Below, piece by piece: positions 52,202-62,420 of a stretch of 64,000 nt of DNA. This DNA is from an uncultured Actinomycetota bacterium (GTDB lineage Bacteria > Actinomycetota > Actinomycetes > JBEVHX01): the NCBI GenBank assembly GCA_963836025.1, contig CAWIIE010000015.1, forward strand, positions 99,676-163,675, in the 5' to 3' direction. Both the position numbers and the translations under genes were made by a program. Position 1 is the stretch's first letter. The number at the start of each line of letters is the position of its first letter. The notes below the pieces were generated by a model. The model saw only the letters and a program-made list of their open reading frames with translations, was not told the origin of the DNA and did not search any database.

Positions 52202-53040
52202 ATGAGTTCCCCGCGCCTACGGCGCATTGCCATCACTTCTGTCGCTGTTGCCGGCGGCGTTCTTCGCGCTCAGTGGCTGCGTGGACGTGAAGGGTGATGT
52301 AAACCATCGACGCTGACGCGTTGACGACCGGCACCATGTCGATCGAGGTCCCGAAGCAGGTCATGGCGTTCGCAGGGGTCACCGACCTGGACTCCTTCGA
52401 GAAGATGATGACCGAGCAGTCGGAGGACCCGGCGGCCTCCGAGGACCTCGGTGCGCTCGCAGACGCCGAGACAACGTTTTCCGAGACGTCGACTGCCTAC
52501 GTCGTCGAGGCCGCCTTCGAGAAGGCGGAGCTTTCGGATGCCGACATGAGCGTGACCAAGCAGGGCGACTCGGTCTCGTTCGCGATGGCCAACGAGCAGG
52601 AGGATTCCGAGTCAACCGATGATGAGATGCTCGAGGGCGTTGATCAGGGCGAGGTCAGCATGACCGTGAGCTGCCCGGGCACTGGCACCGACTTCGAGGC
52701 ATCCGGCAAGGGTGCGGTCGCTGAACAGCTTGACGAAAACACCGTTGAGTTCACCGCCCCGTTTATGACCGACTCGGCGTTCTCCGCGGACTCCAGCATC
52801 GACGCGACGACTGCTGCAGCCGTGCCCAATGTCGTGGGCTCGAGCAACGTGCCGTTGCTGATCGGCCTGGGCGTCGGGGCCGCAGGCCTGCTCGGTGTCG
52901 GTGCAGTTGTCATGCGCCGATGGAAGGACAGGTTCGAGGACTCAGCTGCTACAGCCGACCAGCCGTCCGCCGACGAGGCGCACGCGGCAGCCGACGCAGA
53001 CACCGTGCCGGCGGCCGAGCCAGCCGTCAGCACGAGCTGA
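52202..53040 (+). CDS. LppM-like exported protein with C-terminal membrane anchor (5' frameshifts)
   Basis: AAGGA RBS, basic N-terminus, ALSGC lipobox, acidic body, then TM helix LLIGLGVGAAGLLGVGAVVM-RRWK. Confidence 0.65.
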
Positions 53041-53292
53041 CAGCCGCCGCCTGACAGCCCCACCGACCGACCGTCGGACCTCGCGCAAAACGAGGACAGA
53101 GGGTCATCGCCCGCTCCGTGCTTGGCAACGCGGGGCGGGCAGCCGGCGTCTGGCGTCAATGACGCCCCGCCGCTCAGGAGTAATCCTCGCGATCACGCGG
53201 TCGCTTCGCTCGAAGTGCTCGACCGCGCGGTCAAGACGCTTGGGCACGGCCCAGCATGCCGTGCTGCACGATCGGCCTGGACGGCCAGCGAG

Positions 53293-53408
53293 ACAGTCAG
53301 CTCGACCTTCATCCAGTGAAGGTTGGCCCCCACTAGTTCGTCGGAGGTAATCCTGGCAACAAGGTCGGCGAAGGTGAACGGCTTGGCTTTCTGGTCAGCG
53401 CGTCGCGA
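53293..53408 (+). repeat. Diverged direct repeat A, left of the OsmC gene
   Basis: Shares GCTCGACCTTC, CAGTGAA.GTTGGCC and GTCGGAGGTAATCCT.GCAAC blocks with 53922-54034. Confidence 0.85.
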
Positions 53409-53467
53409 GGCTGCTCTGGGGCGAGGGCATTGACTCTAGTGTCGACGCAGTCGGGGGAGCCCGCGCC

Positions 53468-53890
53468 TCAGCCGATCCGGGTTTCGATCGGGCTGGGCAA
53501 CTCGACGGTCCGACTGACCGTGCACAGCCGGTCGTGCGATCGCCGAACCGCGTCCGGGAATACCGCCCTGGCTCGGTCACCCGCCTCGCCCGCCGGAAAC
53601 GCCACGTTGAAGGTCACGGTGATGCCCTCGAGATGGTTGCCGGCCTCGTCGCGAACCTTCTGCGCGTCCACCGAGACCTCGAACCCTTCAGGCTCCGCTC
53701 GCCTCGTCGTGAAGATGTCGACGTCCATCGCAGTGCACGCGCCGATGGCGGTCAGGAGCAGTTCGATCGCGGAGAAGTCGACCTCGGCCGCGCCGAGGAC
53801 GAGCTCTCCGCCGCGCGGATTGGCTGCGGTGAAGACGCCGGGCCCGGTGCGTCGAACAGATACGTGGCGGGCGCCGCTCGTGGTGGCCAT
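53468..53890 (-). CDS. OsmC family protein
   Basis: ELLLTAIGACTAMD and LCTVSRTV, two conserved Cys. Confidence 0.9.
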   Translation of the reverse strand: MATTSGARHVSVRRTGPGVFTAANPRGGELVLGAAEVDFSAIELLLTAIGACTAMDVDIFTTRRAEPEGFEVSVDAQKVRDEAGNHLEGITVTFNVAFPAGEAGDRARAVFPDAVRRSHDRLCTVSRTVELPSPIETRIG

Positions 53891-53921
53891 GACCGAACTT
53901 TGCCAGGGGACGGCCGACAGA

Positions 53922-54034
53922 ACAGTCTGCTCGACCTTCCGTCAGTGAAAGTTGGCCTCGATGGGTTGGTCGGAGGTAATCCTTGCAACGTCGGCGATCG
54001 TGAACCGGTTGGCGCTCTGGGCAGCGGGTCGCGA
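53922..54034 (+). repeat. Diverged direct repeat B, right of the OsmC gene
   Basis: Colinear with 53293-53408. Confidence 0.85.
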
Positions 54035-54356
54035 CGTAGCCCCCACGGCCGGCTGGCTACTACACCGTCCGGTCGTGAGGTCCTCGAGCGGGAACTCGCC
54101 GTGCACCTCCCTTTTGGCTGCCCGTGTGTGCATACGCCTGGGTGCCGGCTCAGCCGTTGCCGCCCTGGTTGCCTTTGCGCGCATCGAGTGGAATAAGCAT
54201 GGTGTGGTTGATCGGCCACAAGATCCCGCCAGTCGCCGAATTTAGACACAAGGATGGTCGGGCGAGCGATCGGGCATACAGGCGCGTGAGGGCCCAGCCT
54301 GAGGTGTCGTGTGTGTCAACCGTCCGTCTGCCGCGAGAGGTGGAACTGCCCACGAG

Positions 54357-54815
54357 ATGACTGAGGAAGCGCCGGAGGGCGACGCGTGGGCGACGATCTC
54401 CACCCGCCGGGCGGCATCCGCCAAGCTGCACGCAGCAGGTGAGCTCGACGAGGCGCCGTGCCTGGCCTGCGGGTATCCCGTCCTGAGCGAGCGGGGCGGC
54501 CACCACTTCTGTGTCGTCTGTCACTGGCAGGACGACGACGCGGTGCGCGACCGGCCGGATCGTCCGAGCGCGCTCAACCACGGCCTCACGCTGCGGCAGG
54601 CCGCAGTCCACATCGGCCGGGCTGGCGTCTTCGCCTCGCCGGGCTGGGCGCGGACCGCCCCCGAGTACTTCACGCCCGAGGTGCGGGCTGCCCGTGCAGC
54701 GCTGGTCGCCGCCTACGAGCGGCTGATGGCGGATCCGCGTGACGCCTCGGCCCGGCAGGACGTCCATGACTGCCGCGCCAGGATGATGTACGCGATCGTG
54801 AATGCGATGCGATGA
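54357..54815 (+). CDS. CPCC-like cysteine-rich protein
   Basis: PCLACGYPVL...CVVCHWQDD...NHGLTLRQA. Confidence 0.75.
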   Translation: MTEEAPEGDAWATISTRRAASAKLHAAGELDEAPCLACGYPVLSERGGHHFCVVCHWQDDDAVRDRPDRPSALNHGLTLRQAAVHIGRAGVFASPGWARTAPEYFTPEVRAARAALVAAYERLMADPRDASARQDVHDCRARMMYAIVNAMR

Positions 54816-54995
54816 CAGACACCGACCACGACCGTCTCGTCCTTGATCAGCGAGCACGTGGCGATGCCTGGGTCCCATGGGCCGGGCAGCCAATGGGACC
54901 CGATCCGCATCGCGGATCGGACCCCATTGAGCGACAACTCCGGCGGGGCGTTGCCCTCGAGCTGAGGCCTAGGAGCCGGCCTCCATGGTGCCTGC

Positions 54996-55113
54996 TGTCA
55001 ACGGCAGCCGAAAACTGACCAGGTAGCGGCAATCGAAAATTGACCAGCTTCGGGGTCATGGTTCGTCGTTCGGGGTCGGACGCGGCCGAGGTCGCGGTCT
55101 TTGAGCCGGTAGC
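54996..55113 (-). mobile_element. IS21-family right end with istB 3' tip
   Basis: Terminal TGTCAACGG with internal repeats GAAAACTGACC / GAAAATTGACC; minus strand reads YRLKDRDLGRV. Confidence 0.75.
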
Positions 55114-55290
55114 GTGCCGGATTCGGGTGAGCGGGTACTTGCCCCAGCGCGGCAGCACGTGTTTGGACAGCACGCCCTCGTACCGCGCTCGGGTCGTCGG
55201 CTTGAGATGCCCTTGCGTCCGCAACCAGGTCTTGGACCACTCTGCGAGCATGATCTGACCCGCGTCAGGGTCGAGGTAGGTCTGCTCGGC
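55110..55290 (-). pseudogene. Tyrosine integrase N-terminal fragment
   Basis: YLDPDAGQIMLAEWSKTWL...LKPTTRARYEGVLSKHVLPRWGKYPLTRI. Confidence 0.75.
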
Positions 55291-55303
55291 AAGTGCGCGC
55301 TCG

Positions 55304-55822
55304 ATGATTGGCATGGTGCTGTGTCTCGCAGGCTGTGGGTCGGTTGACGGCACGCAGGCGGCGTCGACGAGCGAGGCGCCGTCGAGGGGTTCGACGGTGT
55401 CTCCATCACCCGAGCTCGGATCGCCGCTCGAAGGCACCTGGCAGGCCGGTCCGATCTCCGCGGCCGATGCCGAGGCGACGCTGCGTGAGCATGGGCTTGA
55501 GGAGTGGATTGAGGCGTTTCAGCCGCTCACCCCGGTCGCGGCCGACACGTTGTTGATCCTCGAGATCCGAGCAGGGCAGTGGGATCTGTCTGGCGAGTCC
55601 AGCGGTCATCCCGGGGTGGAGATCGACCATGACGCCGACTATGTCGGGAATGAGGTTGTCGTGACGCACGCCGACGGATCGAGAACCTTGCAGTGGTCCG
55701 TGGACGACGACACATTGAGGCTCGAACTGCTCACCACGGATATTCCGCCGTACGGCGGTGTTCCCGACGAGGTCTTCCAGCGCGCGCTGTATATGACGAG
55801 GGACTTCACGCGACAGGAGTGA
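55304..55822 (+). CDS. Hypothetical lipoprotein (5' end may be truncated)
   Basis: LAGC lipobox, Ser/Pro/Thr linker, SPLEGTW; the 3' end is duplicated at 30011. Confidence 0.65.
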   Translation: MIGMVLCLAGCGSVDGTQAASTSEAPSRGSTVSPSPELGSPLEGTWQAGPISAADAEATLREHGLEEWIEAFQPLTPVAADTLLILEIRAGQWDLSGESSGHPGVEIDHDADYVGNEVVVTHADGSRTLQWSVDDDTLRLELLTTDIPPYGGVPDEVFQRALYMTRDFTRQE

Positions 55823-55895
55823 GGGCGACTGCAGCATCACGATCAAATTCGTGGAGTCGTGAGGTGGCGGTCGGTGGCGCTTCCGGCCAGGCGCC
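55720..55895 (+). repeat. Second copy of the 30011-30214 repeat
   Basis: See the 30011 feature. Confidence 0.9.
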
Positions 55896-55956
55896 CTCGA
55901 GTGCTCGGCATTGCCGAATCGAGCACGCCCGCGAGTGGCGCATCCAGGGCTGTCTG

Positions 55957-56376
55957 TTAGCTGGCCACGGTGGTGTTCTGTCCGGCGATGATCCGCCAGC
56001 CTCGCGGTCTTCGGATCCACACGTATGTTGGCCGGCCGAGGGTGGCGGGTGATGTCGGCTTGCCGTCGCTGTCCAGGTACTCCTGGTCGACGCCGGTCAG
56101 GGCCACGTCGGGAGTGATGAACTGCACGAGCCGGGGCTGGTAGGTGACGGTGCTGTCCTGCATGGCGCCGGGCAGGACCTGGCGGGTGAACTCGGCGATG
56201 TCGCCATACCCGATCAGTCGGCGGCCACCTCCTGTGACCCAGACCGCACCTTCGTCGAACAGCGCCAGGAACGCCTCGACATCCTCGCTGCGCTGACTTC
56301 GTTCCAACTCCGCGACCGCTTGGATCAGCGCAGCGACGTCCTGGGATGGCGCAGATGCAGGTATGACCGTGACCAT
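55957..56376 (-). CDS. SgcJ/EcaC (SnoaL/NTF2-like) family protein
   Basis: DVEAFLALF..GAVWVTGGG...DVAL...WRIIAGQNT. Confidence 0.88.
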   Translation of the reverse strand: MVTVIPASAPSQDVAALIQAVAELERSQRSEDVEAFLALFDEGAVWVTGGGRRLIGYGDIAEFTRQVLPGAMQDSTVTYQPRLVQFITPDVALTGVDQEYLDSDGKPTSPATLGRPTYVWIRRPRGWRIIAGQNTTVAS

Positions 56377-56382
56377 GCCGTC

Positions 56383-56413
56383 ATTCCACGACTTGAAGTG
56401 CTGTTCAGGTCAA
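56383..56413 (-). promoter_or_regulatory. MerR-type promoter
   Basis: TTGACC-N19-TGGAAT with a TGAA...TTCA dyad in the long spacer. Confidence 0.7.
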
Positions 56414-56810
56414 CTGTTGAACGGACTGCTCGGAGCACCCGTCGAGTCCAGGTCGCCCACAACGAGTTCCTGACGGCTCACGACCTCGTCGCAGTCGGCC
56501 GCCATCACGAGATCTACCTCGCAGGCAACTCGGGTAACGCCGGAGACGATGCGAACCGTGCTGCGCCAGCCCATCGCGACGACTGCCTAGGCGATTCTTC
56601 ATCCTGCCGTGATCGGCAGCCCAGCCGCGCCGCGCCCCGGCCGCCGTGATGAAAGCCCGATCCGCAAACTGTGCACAAGGGCGCTCCCTGTCAGCGCCGG
56701 CGGCTGCCCGCAGATCCACCGTGGGCATCCCCGAGTGCTCCGTGGCGCCGGATCAGCCGCAGCGCAGGAACGGCTCTTTCGGGCGGAGGAGAGCGGTACT
56801 GCTGGCGCCG

Positions 56811-57375
56811 TCACCCCTGGGCGCTGAAGTCCACGTCGGCGGTGGCGATCGTGCCGGCCGTCCGGCCGGGTGCCCGGTGGCCGGACCAGTACATGTTGGT
56901 GTGCGAGATGACCTGGTCCGGCGGCGGCGCGCCCCATTCGCTGAGGTCCTCGGTGGTGTGCGCGTCAGCCACCAGGGTCGCGTCGTAGCCCCGCGTGATC
57001 GCCCCGTGCAGGGTGGACCGGATGCACTCGTCGGTCTGCGCGCCGGTGACGACCAGCCGGCCGACCTCGAGGCCGGCGAGCACCGCCTCGAGGTCGGTGT
57101 CCTCGAACGAGTCGGCGAAGGTCTTGTGCACCAGCGGCTCCGACGTCGTCGCGGCGGAGCTCGTCGACGTATTGCCAGGCTTGCGACCCCGGCGGCATCC
57201 CGCCTTCGTCGGAGTGCGCAACCCAGACCACGGGCACCTGCTCGGCCCGGGCCTTGTCGACGAGGACGGCGATGTTTGCGACAACCCGGTCGCGTTCGTG
57301 CGCCTCGCCCACCACGCCGTTCTGCACGTCGATGACGAGCAGCGCGGTCCGCGGCCGACCGGTGAGAGTGGTCAT
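56811..57375 (-). CDS. Isochorismatase / cysteine hydrolase (frameshift ~57140)
   Basis: ALLVIDVQ, HK..DSF, GAQTDECI and DAHT. Confidence 0.9.
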
Positions 57376-57616
57376 GGTGCCCTCCGTCCCTGCCAGTGCC
57401 TGCAGTCCACCGTAGGTCGGACGACTGACAGGCGGCCACCAATCTTTGCGGCGTCCCAGAATTCCGGATCGTTCCTGCGCGCCGAGCGGCATTCACGTAT
57501 GTGCCACTTGGTAGGTGGCTGCGTGCACCTCGCTGACAACCGGAGTCGAGTCTCGAAGTAGCGCGTTCTCCGGACTCTTGCGCGATCCGGCGTTGACGCG
57601 TGCCTACGCTCGCGTC

Positions 57617-58476
57617 ATGCGCGAGGACGTCGTGACCCTCCTGGACGGGCGGCTGGTCGAGACGCTCGAGGTTGGGGATCGGTCGGGTCCCGCGGTGATC
57701 CTTTTCGGCGGGACGCCGTCGACTCGAGGGTCCGCCGAGTTCCTCCGTCGCCCTGCCGAGCAAAGCGGTGTCCGTGTGATCGGGATCAGCCGACCCGGGT
57801 ACTGCGGCTCCACTTGGACGACTCCGGGTTTCGCGTCGATGGCCGCCGACGCAGCGCAGGTCGCGGACCATTACCGCATCGACCGCTTGGCGGTGCTGGG
57901 GATGTCGGGCGGGGGTCCGTTCGCAGCGGGCACGGCGGCTGTTCTGGGGGATCGGGTCAACGCATTGGGACTTGCCGCGGCCGTGTCCGGCTGGCTCAAC
58001 GACCCCGATCGGCCCGGTGACAGGGTTTTCGACCAGTGGGCCGCGGTGGCCAACGGCGGGGACGAACCGGCGGCGGTTCGAGGCATCTGCGACCCGTTCG
58101 CCGCCTGGCTCGATCCGTTGCTCGACAAGTCCGACGGCGACCTCACCGCGGAGTTCGATGACCCGCAGGATGCTGACCTGTACACCCCGAGTTCCGCCGC
58201 ATCCTCGCCTCGGAGCTGCGAGCGACGGCGAACAGCTACGACGGCTACGCGTTCGACCGCATCGCTCACCGAACCTGGGACGTCGATCTCGGCGCGGTCA
58301 TGGCCCGCACGTTGCTCTGGTATGGCAGCCACGACCATTCGGCGTCGCTGGGCCATGCCCAGTGGTATCTCGAACGTATCGCCCACGCTCAACTGACGGT
58401 GATCATGGGACGCGCCCACTGCGCTCCGTTCGAACGCTGGCCGCAGATCCTCACGACTTTGGTGTCGACTGGCTGA
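57617..58476 (+). CDS. Alpha/beta hydrolase (frameshift ~58200)
   Basis: GGTPS, SRPGY, GMSGGG; then PWDVDL...WYGSHD...AH in a shifted frame. Confidence 0.8.
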
Positions 58477-59139
58477 GCCGGCCGGCGGCTGAGGCGGTCG
58501 TGTCTGCGTCGTTCACTCCCCGTATGAGGCGACCCGTCGCGGGTTGATCCTGAGCAGCTCGCCCCCGTGGCCGGGTCCCAGCCGCACTACCCGCTCGCGC
58601 CCGCCGCGAGCCACACCGTCGACACGAGGTGACCGAGAACTCATGCGGTCCTCCGGCCGCGCCCGCTCATACAACTCAGCGCCCGGTTGAACTCATGGCG
58701 AGCCGCTCGCGGTCCCCCATGGGGATTCCACAAGCAGAGGGACCGAGGACATCGCGATCGACGATCACCGTCGATCGGTGACGTTGAAAGATCTTGTGGC
58801 CCATTCACGGCCGACGGGCACCCGATTGAAGATGAGGCAGCCCGCTCGAATCGTCGACCACGTTGTGCGTGGAGGCGACGCCACGAGCCGCCCAAGCGCG
58901 ACTGCCACCGCTTAGGACACCATCCGGAAATGCCGGATCGATCCCGCGCGCCTAGCCGCACTTCGGTGCGCGTCCGTCAAGTTGGTGTTGGTGCACAGTC
59001 GAGGCCGCCGAAGAATGTGGCTAGGTGTCGACGTCGCGGTGCTGTGAGGCGTACCTACGAATTGCCCCCGGGGTTTGCAGAGAAGTCTCGAGGGCCGGAT
59101 CGGCCGCCAGGCGCCTCCCGCGGGCGTCGGAGCTTCACG

Positions 59140-59625
59140 CTAGTCCTCGATGACGTCGAGCCCTTGCTCCCGGAGCAGCGCTAGGTGGTCCAGCATTTCC
59201 TTCAGCACGTTGGGGGCGTGGCCCTCCCAGGTCTGCACCTCTTCGACGACTCGCAGCGCAGAGCGGGTGCGGTAGGACTGCGTGATGTTGCCGGGGAACC
59301 TCTTGTTGGTCACGTTGGGGTCGTCCTCGAACGGACCCGTGGGCTCGACGATGTAGATGTGCCCTCGTTCCCCGCTGCCCGCGAGCGCCGTGGCTAGCTC
59401 CGCTCCCCAGGCGGCTGTGTCCACCAGCGCGGTGAAGTAGATGTTGTTGGACACGCGGCCCTCCTGGAAGTTGGAGCCGTGACCGGGGACAAGCTCTTCG
59501 CCGATTTCGAAAGTGGACCTCGTCCCGTGGTAGAACGGCCCCTCGATGTGGTCGCAGCGATCGAAGGTCACCGGGACGTAGGTGCCGTTGGTCTCACCCA
59601 CAAGCATCTTCTCCTCATCCGTCAC
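59140..59625 (-). CDS. arr: NAD(+)-rifampin ADP-ribosyltransferase
   Basis: FYHGT, SNF, IYFT, WGAELA and YIVEPTGPFEDDPNVTNKRFPGN.TQSYR. Confidence 0.93.
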   Translation of the reverse strand: MTDEEKMLVGETNGTYVPVTFDRCDHIEGPFYHGTRSTFEIGEELVPGHGSNFQEGRVSNNIYFTALVDTAAWGAELATALAGSGERGHIYIVEPTGPFEDDPNVTNKRFPGNITQSYRTRSALRVVEEVQTWEGHAPNVLKEMLDHLALLREQGLDVIED

Positions 59626-59885
59626 CGGCCGTTCTCCCGGACCGCCTCCGCTACCACCCGGCACACCTCCATGTCGAAGCCTCATTATCGGGTGGTTCGC
59701 TAAGTCGTTCCTTCGTAACGCATACGCGGATGTTGACCGACTGTTGACCCTAGAGGCGAGTACGAAGGGCACTTACCGGGTGGTCGAATGGGGCCGACAT
59801 CGTGCGTTGCCGCACGGAGTCGCGGTGGCAGGATTCGTCGGATGGAGATCCGCCCGGGGTCGGCGTCGAACTGGTGGAGGCGATC

Positions 59886-60626
59886 ATGAACGACCAAGCA
59901 CTCAGCCCGGCCCTCCCGCCCGTGGTGGACAGAAAGACCTGGCAGGAAGCGCGGGAAGCACTGTTCGCACGGGAGAAGGCGCACACTCGCGAAGGGGACG
60001 CGATCGCGGCGGCGAGGCGGCGGCTGCCGATGGTGGAGGTTGACGCCGCCATCGAGGTGATCGGTGCTAACGGACCGATCACGATCCTCGACGTTTTCGA
60101 AGGCCGCAAGCAGCTCGTCGCGTACTTCCACGCCTGGTGGCCAAGCCAACCCGCCGCGGAGCAATGCGAGGGCTGCACGTTCTTCAACAGCCAGGTGCGC
60201 GAGCTTGCCTACATCCACTCCCGCGACGCCACGTACGCCACGCTCTGCAAGGGCCCGTACGAGGAGAGCGTCCGCTACCGGGACTTCCTGGGCTTGGACA
60301 TGCCGTGGTACTCGGTCGAGAAGACGGCGGCGCAACTCCTGGAAGGTCGTGACTGGCAGCGCCACCATCTCGTCTGCTACGTCCGCGACGGCGAGCGGGT
60401 GTTCGAGACGTACTACACCGGCGGTCGCGGCGTCGAGATCATGGCCCCCACCCACGGGCTGCTGGACATGACCGTGTACGGACGCCAGGAGTCGTGGGAA
60501 GACTCCCCCGACGGCTGGCCCCAGCCCTGGGGTGACGCCAAGAACCCCGAGGTCTGGCGTACGAACGGACGCCCCATCGCCCAGTGGTCGCGCATCGAAG
60601 CCGGCCGCTCCGACGAGCTGACCTAA
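59886..60626 (+). CDS. DUF899 thioredoxin-like protein
   Basis: REKAHTREGDAIAAARRRLPMV, QCEGCT and LDMTVYGRQE.WEDSP.GWPQ; GGAGG RBS. Confidence 0.92.
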   Translation: MNDQALSPALPPVVDRKTWQEAREALFAREKAHTREGDAIAAARRRLPMVEVDAAIEVIGANGPITILDVFEGRKQLVAYFHAWWPSQPAAEQCEGCTFFNSQVRELAYIHSRDATYATLCKGPYEESVRYRDFLGLDMPWYSVEKTAAQLLEGRDWQRHHLVCYVRDGERVFETYYTGGRGVEIMAPTHGLLDMTVYGRQESWEDSPDGWPQPWGDAKNPEVWRTNGRPIAQWSRIEAGRSDELT

Positions 60627-60886
60627 GGGTCAGCCGAGCCGCTCCTAGTCCGCCCGCTCAACCGCCGTTAGTGGTCTCCCGTCGCTCCGCTGTGCAGGAC
60701 ATCATGGCGATCTGAAACCGTCGAGAGGTGCCGGATGCAGAACGGCATTTTTAGGTCGCCCTGATTGAGGTATGCCGCTGCACCGATCGGCAGATGGGTG
60801 CGACAACGTGGCTGTCAGCGCGACCGCCCGCCGCTTCCACGGCCGCGGTGGGGTTCGGCGGCTATGACCGCACACCCGCCGCGGCG

Positions 60887-61702
60887 CTAGTCCAGCTGGG
60901 AGACCCCCATTTGCGTGAGCGCGTCGGCGACAGCGGCCATCGACTCGATGGAACTGTCATCCACCGGCAGATCGAGACTCGGCCCGTTCAAGATCGGTCG
61001 CACGTCGAGGCATTCAGCGCCATGGGCCGACGCGTTCTCACACATCGCCACGGTGAGCTCCTCGAAGAACAACTCAGACAGCGCTGCCGTCGTCGCCTCG
61101 TCCAGGCCCGGAAGCGTGGAACCAACGAAGGCGTTGGCGGCGTTGACGAGGCGCACGGCGGTCGGCTGACCCGACCGCAGCTGCTCGATCTCGCCAAGGA
61201 TCTCGTCGAGGTCCTCGCTCCACGCTTGGCCCAGCTCGCGAACGCAATCGAAATTGTCGGCCCCTCCGCAGGTCCCGGCCGCGACGGCGTCCATGACGGC
61301 CTCGCCCTCATTCGGCCCGGTGGAAATCACGATGATGTCGCCAGACGCCACTTCGGTCCTGAAAGCCTCGTCTGTTCGCACTGCATCCAGGAGGCTCGCC
61401 ATACCGCCGCCGAGAAGCTCGAAGCCGGGTTGCGCCTGCCCGGCGAGGTTCTTGAACTCGATCGTGCGCCCCGTGTCGGCCTGCAGAGCTTCGGCGTTCA
61501 GCTCGGGAAACGGCTGGCACCCGTTGCAGTGAGCGCCCTCCGGCCACGAGTCGCCAAGGGCGACGTAGGTCAGATCCGCCGTCGTGGACTCGCTGGCTGT
61601 GGTGCCCGAACCAGCCTCGGGGTCGTCATCACCGCAGCCGCCCGCCACCAATAAGCCGAGCACCACCGCTGCGATCGCGCCCTTAGGACCCATCACGCCC
61701 AC
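60887..61702 (-). CDS. SGNH/GDSL-like lipoprotein
   Basis: AGGC lipobox, YVALGDSW and STGPNE; a DxxH block is not evident. Confidence 0.75.
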   Translation of the reverse strand: MGVMGPKGAIAAVVLGLLVAGGCGDDDPEAGSGTTASESTTADLTYVALGDSWPEGAHCNGCQPFPELNAEALQADTGRTIEFKNLAGQAQPGFELLGGGMASLLDAVRTDEAFRTEVASGDIIVISTGPNEGEAVMDAVAAGTCGGADNFDCVRELGQAWSEDLDEILGEIEQLRSGQPTAVRLVNAANAFVGSTLPGLDEATTAALSELFFEELTVAMCENASAHGAECLDVRPILNGPSLDLPVDDSSIESMAAVADALTQMGVSQLD

Positions 61703-62420
61703 CCCCCTCGCTCGCGCCGAAGCGCGACGACATAATGACCCGTTCTAGACCTGCTCTGCACCCACCCGGAAATCGCGCTATCGCGCGCTCGCCATCTGGT
61801 CGGCAAGTGTCGGCCGGCGTTAGCGGGCACCCACGTTGCGTTGATTCACGTCCGCCTCCGATGAGCGGTGTTCTCCGGCTCGGCATCCGGTGCGTGCAGC
61901 CCAGTCGCATCCGCCCGCCAACACGGACCGTGCACCGCGAGGTGCCGCCTACCGATCTTGCTCGGCGTAGCTGTGGGATAAGAATGGGTGGTCGCCTGGC
62001 GACGCCGTGGCGGGCGAAAAATCGCGATGGGCCGCCTGTCGAGGTTCCTTACCGGAGGTGGGGCGTGACGAGGCGATCCGAGGGGGCGTGGCTCGCGATT
62101 CAGCAGTCGGTAGCGTCCGCGGAGGATGGCTTCCGACTCCGCACCCGGCTTCGTGAGCCCACGCGAGAAGTCCGGCCCAGCGTCGCTGGTCGGCTGGCTC
62201 TTCGTCAGTGGATCGAGTCGCTGAACTCAGTTGGCGGCGCACGGGCCGTGATCCCGAGCGTCGTTGGCAGGGCCTGGACTTCTCAGTTGTGTCAGAACGG
62301 CGTCGACCCGAGCCACCGCTCCTCGGACGGCTACACGCTGGCCTATAGCCGGGGCGCGGCCGCGGCTTCGCCCTTCGCGGGCTGGCTCGTGGCAGCCGCG
62401 TCTGGCGCGGAGGTCCCCGC

